IMG/VR virus record: IMGVR_UViG_2595698399_000001
Coordinates: 1-64,000 of that record
Direction: 5' to 3' (one strand)
Length of the DNA stretch: 64,000 nucleotides
DNA from: a virus
Taxonomy: Duplodnaviria > Caudoviricetes
The position numbers and the translations under genes were made by a program. How positions within the stretch are numbered: position 1 is the stretch's first letter; each line of letters starts with the position of its first letter. A model generated the notes under the pieces. The model searched no databases. It had not been told where the DNA came from and saw only the letters and a list, made by a program, of their open reading frames with translations. Shown one piece after another: positions 42,522 to 53,071 of this stretch.

Positions 42522-42797
42522 ATGGCACCACCAAAAAAGAAGGGCGCTTTAAGTAAATCAGCTAAATTTTATAGGGATAATCCTACAGCTAGAAAGAAAA
42601 AAGCAGCCGACGATAAAAAAATAAACGCAAGACCAGAACAGAAAAAGAAAAGATCTGAATCAGGGTCGAAGAGATACGCTGCTAAAAAGTCCGGCAAGAA
42701 TATTTCTGGAAAAGACTACGATCATGCGGTAGGGAAGTTTGTTTCTTCTTCTACTAACAGAGGTAGAAAAGGAGAAGGCGGACGGAAGAAAAAATAA
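42522..42797 (+). CDS. small very basic protein with minimal HNH-like motif
   Basis: GKDYDH...S.TNRGR; start probably MAPPKKK. Confidence 0.5.
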   Translation: MAPPKKKGALSKSAKFYRDNPTARKKKAADDKKINARPEQKKKRSESGSKRYAAKKSGKNISGKDYDHAVGKFVSSSTNRGRKGEGGRKKK

Positions 42798-42800
42798 CTA

Positions 42801-43166
42801 ATGAATACATTGATAGCTAAACTTAAACAAAAAGAAGATAGTTTAATTACATACGATGTAGCTAGTACCCATACAACCGGAAAGAGGATAGAATTGGTAA
42901 GCGGACTTTTTACAGAAAGGTTGCCAAGCATGGATGACACATTATTCTTTAGGGGTGAGTTAAAGGCAGGTAAAATAGTCGAGTCTCACCACCATGATTG
43001 CATAGAGGAGTTAGTAGTTTACAGCGGAGTGTTAAGAGAATTGGTCACAGGATTAGAATTAAAGAATTTTGGAAGGCTGATAATACCTATAGGACAATGT
43101 CACATACTGTACGCCGAAAAAGATTGCGTTTTTTACGCCCACCTACATAAACCCCAAACAAAGTAA
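42801..43166 (+). CDS. cupin-fold protein
   Basis: HHHDCIEELVVYSG...IPIGQCH. Confidence 0.7.
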   Translation: MNTLIAKLKQKEDSLITYDVASTHTTGKRIELVSGLFTERLPSMDDTLFFRGELKAGKIVESHHHDCIEELVVYSGVLRELVTGLELKNFGRLIIPIGQCHILYAEKDCVFYAHLHKPQTK

Positions 43167-43561
43167 TGGAATTTGAAGTAATAGAAAAAATAGGTATTGG
43201 AGTACTTGGATTAGTCTCTACGATAATAGCCCTTAACAAAGATATGATACAAAGCTCTTTCAGTAGGAAGAGTAATACCGTATCCATAGATGTTAGTAAA
43301 GAGGATTTAGAAAGCATGCAACTAAAAAATGTAGAGCACGAGATCAACATTTATAGGGGGCTACTAGATGATATGGTTACCCGTCACAAGGCGACCATAA
43401 TAGATTTACAAGACAGCTTCGCAGAGTCTCTTTCTAGATTAGAAGGTAAGATAGAAGAGCTTAATAACTTGGTACTAGAGCAAAAAGGGTTTATAGAAAA
43501 GCAAAGTAAGAGGTTGCACTTCTATGAAAAGAAATTCGGAAAGATAAACGACCATATATAA
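43166..43561 (+). CDS. putative holin/lysis membrane protein
   Basis: N-terminal TM helix plus coiled coil, directly upstream of the endolysin. Confidence 0.5.
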   Translation: MEFEVIEKIGIGVLGLVSTIIALNKDMIQSSFSRKSNTVSIDVSKEDLESMQLKNVEHEINIYRGLLDDMVTRHKATIIDLQDSFAESLSRLEGKIEELNNLVLEQKGFIEKQSKRLHFYEKKFGKINDHI

Positions 43562-43570
43562 AAAAGAAAG

Positions 43571-44197
43571 ATGATAAAGAACGTAGTATTAGACCCCGGA
43601 CATGGAGGGATAGACAGGAACGGTAAATACACAACAGCTCCGGCTAAGATGTACAAATTCCCTAACGGAGAAGTGGCCTATGAAGGGGTTCTTAACAGGG
43701 CTATAGCTAAAGAGGTCGCTAGATGTCTAGAGGGTGAAAGTGGTATAAATGTAATATTTACAGTATCGCCAGAGGATCCTAAAGACGTATCATTAAGCGA
43801 GAGGGTTAGAATTACGAATAAGTACAACTCTAAGGAGACGGTATTCATATCCATTCATTGTAACGCATCTGCATCACACAAAGGTGAAGGATTTGAGATA
43901 TACACGACCAAGGGAACTACTAAAAGTGATAGACTAGCAGAATTGATAGCAGACTCGGCAGAGGTGTCTATTAAAGATGTGAGCATGAAACTTAGGTACG
44001 ACTTATCAGACAAAGATAAAGACAAGGAGTCCAACTTCAAAGTAATAAGAGAAACCAACTGCCCTGCGGTTTTAATAGAGTGTGGGTTCTTTGATAACGA
44101 GAAAGACTTCAAGAACTTGAAAGATCCAAAATTCCAATCGGATTTAGGGTCTAGGATTTACACAGGAATTTTAAACTATATAAATGAAAATAGGTAA
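43571..44197 (+). CDS. endolysin, N-acetylmuramoyl-L-alanine amidase (Amidase_3)
   Basis: LDPGHGG, E..LN, SIHCNA, PAVLIECGFFDN. Confidence 0.93.
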   Translation: MIKNVVLDPGHGGIDRNGKYTTAPAKMYKFPNGEVAYEGVLNRAIAKEVARCLEGESGINVIFTVSPEDPKDVSLSERVRITNKYNSKETVFISIHCNASASHKGEGFEIYTTKGTTKSDRLAELIADSAEVSIKDVSMKLRYDLSDKDKDKESNFKVIRETNCPAVLIECGFFDNEKDFKNLKDPKFQSDLGSRIYTGILNYINENR

Positions 44198-44783
44198 CAC
44201 GGAAATAACCGTAAATTTAATACCATGGGTGATTGCTATAATAAGCTCTATGATGCTATTTACGGAGTGCAATAGAAAAAGTGGTATAGAATATATAGAA
44301 AAAGAAGTAAAGGTCTTAGTGCCGTCCGTAGAGGGCTCCTTCGAGGAGGTGAAGCCCGTTAAAATAAACACTACGGTAGTTGAGATAGATTCTACCTACT
44401 ACGAGAGGTATGTATCTTTAAAAGATAGCGTAAGTAAGTTAGAGTTGTTCAAGGAGGCTATAGAGATAAATGAATACTCAGAAAAGTTCACAGACTCATT
44501 ACAAACTATTGAAGTGTACACTAAGACGAGGGGAGAGATACTAGGGCAGTCTGTAAAATATAAGACTAACCCATATTACATAGAAACCGAAGTAAAGATA
44601 CCTATAGAAGCTAAGAGGTACTTTTCAATAGGTACAGAAGTAGGAGTATCTACAATAGAGCCATTGACAACTACTCCGGTAGTAAAAGGTAATCTACTTT
44701 ACACAAATAAGAAAGGAAACACAATCTCAATATCTTACGATACAGAAGGAAGAGCTTGGATTGGAAAAACATGGAAATTATAG
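44184..44783 (+). CDS. putative spanin-like membrane protein
   Basis: N-terminal TM/Cys, C-terminal beta-strands ending in WKL; overlaps the endolysin stop. Confidence 0.45.
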   Translation: MKIGNTEITVNLIPWVIAIISSMMLFTECNRKSGIEYIEKEVKVLVPSVEGSFEEVKPVKINTTVVEIDSTYYERYVSLKDSVSKLELFKEAIEINEYSEKFTDSLQTIEVYTKTRGEILGQSVKYKTNPYYIETEVKIPIEAKRYFSIGTEVGVSTIEPLTTTPVVKGNLLYTNKKGNTISISYDTEGRAWIGKTWKL

Positions 44784-47714
44784 ATGGCTAGAATAAAGAA
44801 TACCGACGTATATGTATTTGACAACGTACCTGAATCATCGTCGTTTTTAGTTGGGTCAGACCAAGGAGACGGTAGGATAACTAAGTCATACAGAATAGAT
44901 ACCATATTTGGGATACTTCCCTCATATGGATATTTCACAGACGCACCTAGAGATGGTCAGCCTTACCTAAGACAAAACGGGTCTTGGGCATTAGTGCCTG
45001 CATCTGGTGTAGGTAGTGTGTTCTCGGTGTTTGGTCAAACAGGTGCTATAGAGGCAAAAGAAGACGATTACAAGGACTTCTACTCTTTGCTAGGACATAC
45101 GCACACAGAGAGCGAGATAATCGATCTAGGAGACTATTTAGAGTCTGTAAACATATCTGATATAAATGCCACAGGGAGCGCAAACTCAAACACGTTCCTT
45201 AGGGGAGACGGAGTGTGGGCAGACGCCTCTAATATAAATAGCGTATTTGGAAGAGGTGGAGAAGTTACAGCAGAAGAAGGAGACTACTCAGGATTCTACT
45301 CTTTGCTAGGGCATACTCATAACTCTTCTGAAATAGACGACTTTAACTCAGAGCTATCCGGAAAAAATAACACTACAGCTTATACTCCAACAGGGGATTA
45401 CAACGTATCAACTAAAAAGTACGTAGATGACTCTATATCTTCATACAATCGAGTTACCGGAGTATTCGGTAGAGATGGAGAAGTTACAGCAGAAGAAGGA
45501 GATTACTCAGGATTCTACTCTTTATTAGGACACACTCACTTAGAATCAGACATCACAGATTTAGGGAACTACCTAGAGTCTGTAAATATTGGAGATATAA
45601 ACGCACTAGGTACACCTACCTCAGATAATTTTCTTAGGGGAGATGGTAATTGGGCAAGCATAGCTACCTCATTATCAGGACTTTCTGACGTAACCCTAGG
45701 ATCTGTATTGTCAGGAGAAGTTTTAAGACATAATGGAACAGTTTGGGAGAATAAAAAAATAACTATAGCAGACATAGATAATTTCCCGTCTTACGAGTTA
45801 TTATCAAATAAGGGGGCATCTAACGGATACGCACCCCTTAACGCATCTGGACTTATAGATTCAGGATACTTACCATCTTTCGTAGATGATGTTTTAGAGT
45901 TCAATGACTACGCCAGTTTCCCATTAACAGGAGAGACTGGTAAAATATACATTGACCTTTATGAGAATAATCTTTATAGATGGGGAGGGTCTAACTACAT
46001 ACCAGTAGGCGGAACAGAGGCTATTAACTGGGGAGCAATCACAGGTACCTTATCTAATCAAACAGATTTACAATCGGCATTAGATGGTAAACTAGGAACT
46101 CTTGGAACAGCCTACAACTCAAATTTACTAGGTGGGTTTAACTCAGGTCAGTTTTTAAGAAGTGATACTAGTGATACTATGAATGGTACGTTAGGTGTGC
46201 TTCAAAACATAAATGTCGGAGGTAGTTTAGATGTAGACGGTAATTCTAATACTTCTGGTATATTGGCAACTCAGGAGTATTTAATAACTAAAGGATCATC
46301 AAATGGACTAAGATTGCAGAATCCGATAAGTGTAGGAGATGCAGCAGATATCTATATGTCTTACTATGATTCAGTAAACACTAGGATGGGTTATGTTGGA
46401 TTTGGATCTCAAAGTAGTTCAGACTTTATTATCAGGAATGACATGGCCGATAGTACCCTAACACTCTCTTCCACAGGAACAAAAGACCTAAAATACTCAA
46501 GTAACGGAATTACTGGCACTGTATGGCATTCTGCTAATGATGGGATTGGTTCTGGATTAGATGCCGATAGATTTAGAGGACTTACTAAATCTAGTTCAGG
46601 AGATCGATTTAACATAGTACCAGTAGTAAGTCCAACAGGCGTAATGGAAATTGGAAGGTATGTTGATTTTCACGATTCAGATGAAGATACATCCGATTAT
46701 AGTAATAGATTGTCATCGAATGGAGCAAGTGGGTTGACTGCATCAGGTAACTTTACTTCTTCTAAAGAGCTTCGTAGTGAAAACTCTGGGGAAAATGCAA
46801 GGTTATTGTACCTTGCTACAGAACGTCCTTGGTATTTTAAACAAGGATTAACAGGGGGTACAACTAGATTATCATTAATATCAACATCTGCTTCTAAGGT
46901 TTTTACAATAGGAGACGAGACAAATGATGACAACTTTATTGTAAATGCATCAAGCGGTTCAATTACAACACAAGGAGAAATTACCGCAAATGGTAATAAT
47001 ATATATACAGAAAACTGTAGAATTAGAGATAATGGAATAGGTGCGCTTATTGTTAGTGCATCAGGAGATGGTGTATACCTGAGACCAAATGGAGACGGCT
47101 CGGTTGCAGGTCAGTTTGAAATTTCCTCAAGTAAAGTGGTGACATCAAATCACATTGAAGTAACAGCAGCCGAGAGAAGAGTTGCTTACTCAGTTTGGTC
47201 AGGTAGTACATATGGTATTGGAATGGGGTCTGGCTATACTTATGGTGCATTGAGTGGATATGCAATGACTTTTCAAATGAACTCTGACGCAGGCAGAGGT
47301 TGGTGGTGGGGGAAATCAACCCACAGTAACGCACAAGGAGCTATGTCCTTAGCTAATGATGGAAGATTAACAGTAGGTAGCACGGTAACTGCTACTAACT
47401 TTATATTATCATCTGATAAAAGGTTAAAAGAAAATATAAAAGAGTATAAACCTCTTGACCTAAGCTTCAAGGCAGTAACATTCGATTGGATAGACAAGGA
47501 GCACGGGGGTACTCAAACTGGATATATAGCACAGGATGTAGAGATGAGTAATCCTCAATTTGTAAACACAGATAATAATGGATTTAAGTCTGTAAAGTAC
47601 ATAGATGTACTAGTTGCTAAAATGGCAGAGAAGGATATTCAAATAGAATCTTTGGAAGAGAGGGTTGAAATATTAGAAGAAAAACTAAACTTAATAGTAG
47701 ATAATTTATTATAA
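44784..47714 (+). CDS. tail fibre/spike with C-terminal intramolecular chaperone (peptidase S74)
   Basis: DAPRDGQPYLRQNGSW, HTH-type repeats, FLRGDG.W, SSDKRLKENI...GYIAQDVE...YIDVLVAK. Confidence 0.88.
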   Translation: MARIKNTDVYVFDNVPESSSFLVGSDQGDGRITKSYRIDTIFGILPSYGYFTDAPRDGQPYLRQNGSWALVPASGVGSVFSVFGQTGAIEAKEDDYKDFYSLLGHTHTESEIIDLGDYLESVNISDINATGSANSNTFLRGDGVWADASNINSVFGRGGEVTAEEGDYSGFYSLLGHTHNSSEIDDFNSELSGKNNTTAYTPTGDYNVSTKKYVDDSISSYNRVTGVFGRDGEVTAEEGDYSGFYSLLGHTHLESDITDLGNYLESVNIGDINALGTPTSDNFLRGDGNWASIATSLSGLSDVTLGSVLSGEVLRHNGTVWENKKITIADIDNFPSYELLSNKGASNGYAPLNASGLIDSGYLPSFVDDVLEFNDYASFPLTGETGKIYIDLYENNLYRWGGSNYIPVGGTEAINWGAITGTLSNQTDLQSALDGKLGTLGTAYNSNLLGGFNSGQFLRSDTSDTMNGTLGVLQNINVGGSLDVDGNSNTSGILATQEYLITKGSSNGLRLQNPISVGDAADIYMSYYDSVNTRMGYVGFGSQSSSDFIIRNDMADSTLTLSSTGTKDLKYSSNGITGTVWHSANDGIGSGLDADRFRGLTKSSSGDRFNIVPVVSPTGVMEIGRYVDFHDSDEDTSDYSNRLSSNGASGLTASGNFTSSKELRSENSGENARLLYLATERPWYFKQGLTGGTTRLSLISTSASKVFTIGDETNDDNFIVNASSGSITTQGEITANGNNIYTENCRIRDNGIGALIVSASGDGVYLRPNGDGSVAGQFEISSSKVVTSNHIEVTAAERRVAYSVWSGSTYGIGMGSGYTYGALSGYAMTFQMNSDAGRGWWWGKSTHSNAQGAMSLANDGRLTVGSTVTATNFILSSDKRLKENIKEYKPLDLSFKAVTFDWIDKEHGGTQTGYIAQDVEMSNPQFVNTDNNGFKSVKYIDVLVAKMAEKDIQIESLEERVEILEEKLNLIVDNLL

Positions 47715-48166
47715 TGTCAGTACCAAACACAACAACATTTAACCTGATAAATGTAACAACAGAGTTAGGCTTATCGTCTAACTCTAGTTTACAGGAGTGC
47801 TTTTCGGTGTCGTCTGCAAATGGATTTGACTCTAGCTATGCAGGCAGCAAGAACGGACTATTGAACTTTAGAAACTATAGCAATGTAGCAACGGAAGTCA
47901 CAACTAGAATTGTAATGTCAAATACAGGAACATCCGCATTACCTAACGCATGTAGCACCTTAACAACAAGTGTTTTCAGGTATTTCAGAAGCACTGTAAG
48001 TTACCCTAGGATTGGAGATATAATATACGGAGATTCAAACCTAAACTTCCCAATGAACGGACTTAATAATTATTTTAAGTTTGAGTACACAACAGGAACA
48101 GGTTCATATTTAATAAGAGTAAGCTCACAAGGGCAAGTGGTTAGTAGTGTAGCACTATGTTCATAA
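47714..48166 (+). CDS. tail-fibre-associated protein (possible adhesin tip)
   Basis: Coupled to the fibre gene; VPNTTTFNL..V..EL, LLNFRNY, C-terminal IRVSSQGQVVS..LC. Confidence 0.55.
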   Translation: MSVPNTTTFNLINVTTELGLSSNSSLQECFSVSSANGFDSSYAGSKNGLLNFRNYSNVATEVTTRIVMSNTGTSALPNACSTLTTSVFRYFRSTVSYPRIGDIIYGDSNLNFPMNGLNNYFKFEYTTGTGSYLIRVSSQGQVVSSVALCS

Positions 48167-48191
48167 TTAACAGAAAACAACAATAAAAGTA

Positions 48192-49523
48192 ATGGCAAGA
48201 ATAAAAAATACACAGATATACGACTATGATGCATCTCCTTCACCGGAAGACTATTTAATAGGAACGGATAGCCAAGATAATCTAAGAACTAGAAGCTACC
48301 TGATTGGAGATATAATAGCCTTAAGAAATAGTTTTCTAGGTTTGCCAGATACACCCAATAGTTTTGAAGGACAATCTGGAAAAACTTTAATAGTAAATGA
48401 CGACGAAGATGGACTAATATTCGGGGAATCAGCATCCTCATTTTTAAGTTTATTAGACACTCCCGACACTTTTACAGGTCAATCAGGTAAGTCTATAATA
48501 GTAAACAACGACGAGGATGGGGTAGTGTTTGGAGAGGCAATATCTAAGTTTTTAAGTTTATCAGATACACCGTCCTCTTACGTAGCACAGGCCGGAAAGT
48601 CGGTATTAGTAAATGCCCAAGGAACTGGATTGACATTCGGAGAGTCTACCTCTACGTTTTTAAGTTTATCAGATACACCTGACGATTACGAGTTCAGAAA
48701 AGGTTGGATATTGAAGGTAAATGATGACGAGGATGGAATAAAGTTCCAACAAGATAATTACGTAACATTAGATACAGTTCAAACAATAAACGCTGCAAAA
48801 ACTTTCAATGGAGTAGTTAGGACAAATAATATAATAGCAGACGACCTTATAACCGCAAATAGCTCTGTGTACATCACAGGTGGTCTTAGAGTAGGTAAGT
48901 CGGGATCAACGGGCAGTATTACTATTTTTCCATCGACATCTTTGTTAGCACAAAACACTACTACCTCACATAGTTACTTTTCAGCAGTAGGTACTGGTTC
49001 TGGAATAGAGGGGTTTACCTTCAAGCCAGGCGGGATCAAGTTTGCCGGAACACTTAATTTTGATGGATTTACGTCAAATAGAGTTCACTCGTTCCAAGAT
49101 AGAGACGGAACGGTGGCTTATCTTGATGATGTAATTTCTCAGGAGTCTGGCAGTTTTACTGCAACATTAGGGGATAGTAATGGTAGGTATAGTTATTCTC
49201 AAGGTTCTTCTGTAGGAAGTTATGTGAAGACGGGTAAGGTTATAAATTTCTCAATTAATATAAGAACAAGCGGAACTACTGATAATGGCGGAACTGCAGG
49301 ATTACTGTCAATAAGTGGTTTTGATTTCTTGGATGACGAGCTTTTTGAGTATAATCAGGTTTTCGCTTGCTTATTCAATAACAAACAGTATCACGGTACA
49401 ATACACGGAGATAATACTATTATCTTTAGGGAAATTGGAGGAAGTATATCAACAGCGGTTATAGCAACTAGTTTACCCAACAGCACTCAGGTGTATATGA
49501 CAGGGTCTATAGTATTAAATTAA
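48192..49523 (+). CDS. second tail fibre protein
   Basis: MARIKNT N-terminus shared with 44784..47714; 4x FLSL.DTP..(F/Y).GQ.GK...VN....G..FGE; VTLDTVQTINAAKTF. Confidence 0.75.
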   Translation: MARIKNTQIYDYDASPSPEDYLIGTDSQDNLRTRSYLIGDIIALRNSFLGLPDTPNSFEGQSGKTLIVNDDEDGLIFGESASSFLSLLDTPDTFTGQSGKSIIVNNDEDGVVFGEAISKFLSLSDTPSSYVAQAGKSVLVNAQGTGLTFGESTSTFLSLSDTPDDYEFRKGWILKVNDDEDGIKFQQDNYVTLDTVQTINAAKTFNGVVRTNNIIADDLITANSSVYITGGLRVGKSGSTGSITIFPSTSLLAQNTTTSHSYFSAVGTGSGIEGFTFKPGGIKFAGTLNFDGFTSNRVHSFQDRDGTVAYLDDVISQESGSFTATLGDSNGRYSYSQGSSVGSYVKTGKVINFSINIRTSGTTDNGGTAGLLSISGFDFLDDELFEYNQVFACLFNNKQYHGTIHGDNTIIFREIGGSISTAVIATSLPNSTQVYMTGSIVLN

Positions 49524-49602
49524 CGAGTCGCCGAGCACATAATATTAGTGTAAGGCGATTTTCTTTATATTTGTATAAGTATTAATTTAATAAAATCTAA
49601 CA

Positions 49603-49845
49603 ATGGCAACGAAACAATTTAGAAAAATAACAGTAGGAGATAATTTCTCTAACTGCATAGCTTACGTAAAAACTATAAAATACTTAGGACGTTCGGTAGA
49701 AATTACTGACATTATAGAAGAAGAAGAAAATAAAGGTTACATAGATATTTACGTCACTGCAGACGATGGTAGAACCACAGTTATATGGAAGACTATACCG
49801 TACAGTAAAGTGATAGAATTTGAATACGATGTAAACTTCAAGTAA
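49603..49845 (+). CDS. conserved hypothetical protein upstream of terminase
   Basis: RKITVG...WK......EYDVNF. Confidence 0.6.
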   Translation: MATKQFRKITVGDNFSNCIAYVKTIKYLGRSVEITDIIEEEENKGYIDIYVTADDGRTTVIWKTIPYSKVIEFEYDVNFK

Positions 49846-49846
49846 T

Positions 49847-50431
49847 ATGAAAGCAACTATATATTTTATAGTACACGTGGAAAATTCTTATAATAACCAC
49901 GTGGAACTAAACGACTCTCAAACAATGGCCGTAAACAACTCAATAGAGAGTGTAGAGCACATTAACAGAGTAGGAAAAGTGATAAGCTCCCCTAAAGGCG
50001 CTCTAGTCAAAGAGGGAGATTTAGTCTTATTTCACCACAACATCTGCAGAAAATCTTGGGGCCTCAAAGGAAAAAAGAAGCCTAGCGAGTACTCGATCAC
50101 CGAGAATGAATACTACGTTCCGACAGAAGAGATATTTATGTACATGAGTGAGGGCGATAGTGATTGGAAAGCTATAGACCCTTTCGTATTTGTAAGGCCT
50201 ATAGAATCCGAGCCTAAGGTTCTAGATAACGGACTAAGGGTGATAGAAGAAGAGTACAAAGGGATGGTTCCTCTAGTGGGAATAATGGCCTATCCAAACA
50301 GAGAGCTCCTAGATAAGGGAGTCAAGGCAGGGGATAAAGTAGCTTTTCAACAAGATTCAGAACACGAGTACATGATTAAGGGTGTACTACATTATAAAAT
50401 GAGAACTAACGACATTTTAGCAGTTATATGA
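49847..50431 (+). CDS. tandem GroES-like protein
   Basis: GKVISSP...VKEGDLVLFHH and FVFVRPI...GVKAGDKVAF....EYMIKG..HYKMRTNDILAVI. Confidence 0.6.
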   Translation: MKATIYFIVHVENSYNNHVELNDSQTMAVNNSIESVEHINRVGKVISSPKGALVKEGDLVLFHHNICRKSWGLKGKKKPSEYSITENEYYVPTEEIFMYMSEGDSDWKAIDPFVFVRPIESEPKVLDNGLRVIEEEYKGMVPLVGIMAYPNRELLDKGVKAGDKVAFQQDSEHEYMIKGVLHYKMRTNDILAVI

Positions 50432-53067
50432 TAGGATTAAGCCATGACATAGAATTAGCACTAGACATAGTTATAGAAGGTCTAGATTATCAGATGGTAG
50501 TAGATGCCATAGAACCTGATAAGGTTAAGGCTGCCATGGAGTCAAAATTAACGTCATTCAAAACAGCTAAGGAATTACTTTCTAAGTGGGTAAATAGCCC
50601 AAATTCTCCATCGGATAAAAAGTTTACAAACTACGTAGAGAAATTAATAAATTCAGGAGAGTCTTCACTTAAGACTTTAAGGAAAGCATTAGTAGCAAAG
50701 ATCGATTACGACTTATTAGATGCACACAAGCATAAGCTAGCTGCCCAGACTAAACTACTTGTACTTAACTCTATAACCGAGTTAGATTCTTCATTAATAG
50801 AGCTTAGGCACCAGTTTGAAACAGGTAAAGTAATCTTAAAAGAAGCAGAATTTACCAGAGGGTTTGCAGAAAAGTTTGCATACGGAGAGTTTTTCCCTTT
50901 AGATAACTACTATAAAAAGTGGTACAATGAAGAGGAAGACGCAGTAGTTATTGACCCAAAGGGTTCTAGAGGTGAGATTATAGAGTTAGACGGGCTAAGG
51001 GTTCAGCTACCAATACCACCTAGAGACAGAAAGAAGATAAGATTCCACGATAAAAAGAAAGAGGATCAGTATTGGAGAAGGGAAGAGTTACCTAAAGGCC
51101 TTACCCCTGACAATGCCGAGCCTTTTACAGAATACATATTAGAGCAGTTTAGAATAAGAAGAGAAGGACTTTGGTTCTACAACAACGGAAAACCTACTTG
51201 GTTGTCTCCTAGACATTGGATGCAATTACAATGGGGAAAGATGTTTGATGACCAGATATACCCTACTTATAGACACGCTCAACTTTTACTTTACTACCAT
51301 AAGGAGGCCTGCTACGTAGATTCTAGGTCTATGGGTCAAATATTCCTTAAGTCTCGTCAAACGGGGTATACTTATGGGATGATGTCAGACTCTTTAGAAT
51401 TAGTAACTAGGGTTATAGGAGCCAGAACAGGATTGACTTCGATGACGGATGATGATGCCAGAGTAGCTTTTGGTAAGATGTCTTATACGTTTCAAGAATG
51501 GCCGTTCTTCTTCCAACCTATTTATAAAGGTAAAGTCGATTCTCCTACTAACTTAGCTTTTGGTAAGCCATCAAACTCTAGTAAGGATGAGAAAAAGAAA
51601 AAGGATACAACTACAGATGGTTATGTGAACAGTATGACTGACTTCGAGGCTACCAAGGTTAAGGCCTATGATGGTAGACACATGAAGTTGTATATTGGGG
51701 ATGAATCAGCTAAATGGGATAGAGCAAGTTACATAGAACACTTAGGTACGCTATTACCTACAACCTTCCGTGGTGGTAGAGTAGTGGGTAAAGTATTCTT
51801 AGGATCTACCATGGGTAAATTAAATGCCGGTGGTGAGGATTTTAAAATACTTTATAGAAACTCTAAGGTTTCAGAGAGACAAGAGTCAGGGTTTACCTCA
51901 ACTAAATTGTACTCTTACTTTATGGGAGCGCATACCAACTACGAAAACTGTATTGATAAATATGGTAAGTGTTGGGAAGAGACCCCTCCAAAAGGAACCC
52001 TTAACGTGTTCGGAGAGCCAATACTTAAAGGATCTATACAGGCTATTAAAGAGATGTACAATGATGCAAAGAATACAGATGATGTAGCTCTTAACGCAGC
52101 ATATAGAGCATTCCCTATGACCGAGTCTCACGCTATGAGGGATGAGGCCGACGAGTGTGTATTCAACCTTACTAAACTTACTGACCAATGGGATAACAAT
52201 GAAGAAGTGTCTATTTTTAAGAGTCAATATGTTAGAGGTAATTTCAAGTGGGAAAATGACATAAGATTCTCTAAGGTAGAATTTATACCAGATGATAGAG
52301 GTAGGTTCAAGATAGCTTGGATGCCGAACAAGGGAGATAACACAGACCACCTTAGAAATAATGTAAAGTCCGTAAGAAACTTATACACTCCGATGAACGA
52401 CTACGGTTGTATAGGAGTCGATTGTTTTGGTTCATACGTACAAGGTAAAAATAAAGCGTCTAAAGGAGCTGCCCACGGGTACTCTAAACCTAACGCACAT
52501 GGAGTTCCGACAAACTTCTTCTTCTTTGAATACTTAGATAGGCCTGCAACACAGGACATATTTAACGAAGATATATTTATGGCGGCATGGTTCTACGGAC
52601 TACCTATATTAGCAGAGAACAACAGGAGGGATTTTGTTAGATACATTTACTCTAACAGATCTAGACCATTCTCAATGAATAGAGTAGACAAGAAGAAACT
52701 AGACGGAGATGATTTAGTATTAGGAGGACAGCCAATGCAGAGTAAGGATATTTTAGATACTCACGAAAACTGTATTAGAACTTTTATACAATGTCACGTA
52801 GGGGTTAGTACAGCGCCAGAGGGTATAAAATACAGACCGGAAGGAGACATGGGTAATATGGTCTTCAACGACACTATTTCCGACTGGATGATATTCAATC
52901 CAAGTGCTAGAACTGCCCATGATGCAACTATCTCTAGTGGATTAGCCATAATGGGATGTCAAAGAGAGAGATACAACCCTATCGAGAAAAAGAATGATAA
53001 GGAAAAAAACGTATCTTTGATAAGAAAATATAAAAATACGGGTTACACCAGTACACTTATAAAATAG
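50428..53067 (+). CDS. terL: terminase large subunit with N-terminal extension
   Basis: LKSRQTGYT Walker A, YIGDESAKW Walker B, GST, IGVDCF nuclease motif, AENN, HDATISSGLA. Confidence 0.9.
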   Translation: MIGLSHDIELALDIVIEGLDYQMVVDAIEPDKVKAAMESKLTSFKTAKELLSKWVNSPNSPSDKKFTNYVEKLINSGESSLKTLRKALVAKIDYDLLDAHKHKLAAQTKLLVLNSITELDSSLIELRHQFETGKVILKEAEFTRGFAEKFAYGEFFPLDNYYKKWYNEEEDAVVIDPKGSRGEIIELDGLRVQLPIPPRDRKKIRFHDKKKEDQYWRREELPKGLTPDNAEPFTEYILEQFRIRREGLWFYNNGKPTWLSPRHWMQLQWGKMFDDQIYPTYRHAQLLLYYHKEACYVDSRSMGQIFLKSRQTGYTYGMMSDSLELVTRVIGARTGLTSMTDDDARVAFGKMSYTFQEWPFFFQPIYKGKVDSPTNLAFGKPSNSSKDEKKKKDTTTDGYVNSMTDFEATKVKAYDGRHMKLYIGDESAKWDRASYIEHLGTLLPTTFRGGRVVGKVFLGSTMGKLNAGGEDFKILYRNSKVSERQESGFTSTKLYSYFMGAHTNYENCIDKYGKCWEETPPKGTLNVFGEPILKGSIQAIKEMYNDAKNTDDVALNAAYRAFPMTESHAMRDEADECVFNLTKLTDQWDNNEEVSIFKSQYVRGNFKWENDIRFSKVEFIPDDRGRFKIAWMPNKGDNTDHLRNNVKSVRNLYTPMNDYGCIGVDCFGSYVQGKNKASKGAAHGYSKPNAHGVPTNFFFFEYLDRPATQDIFNEDIFMAAWFYGLPILAENNRRDFVRYIYSNRSRPFSMNRVDKKKLDGDDLVLGGQPMQSKDILDTHENCIRTFIQCHVGVSTAPEGIKYRPEGDMGNMVFNDTISDWMIFNPSARTAHDATISSGLAIMGCQRERYNPIEKKNDKEKNVSLIRKYKNTGYTSTLIK

Positions 53068-53071
53068 ATAG

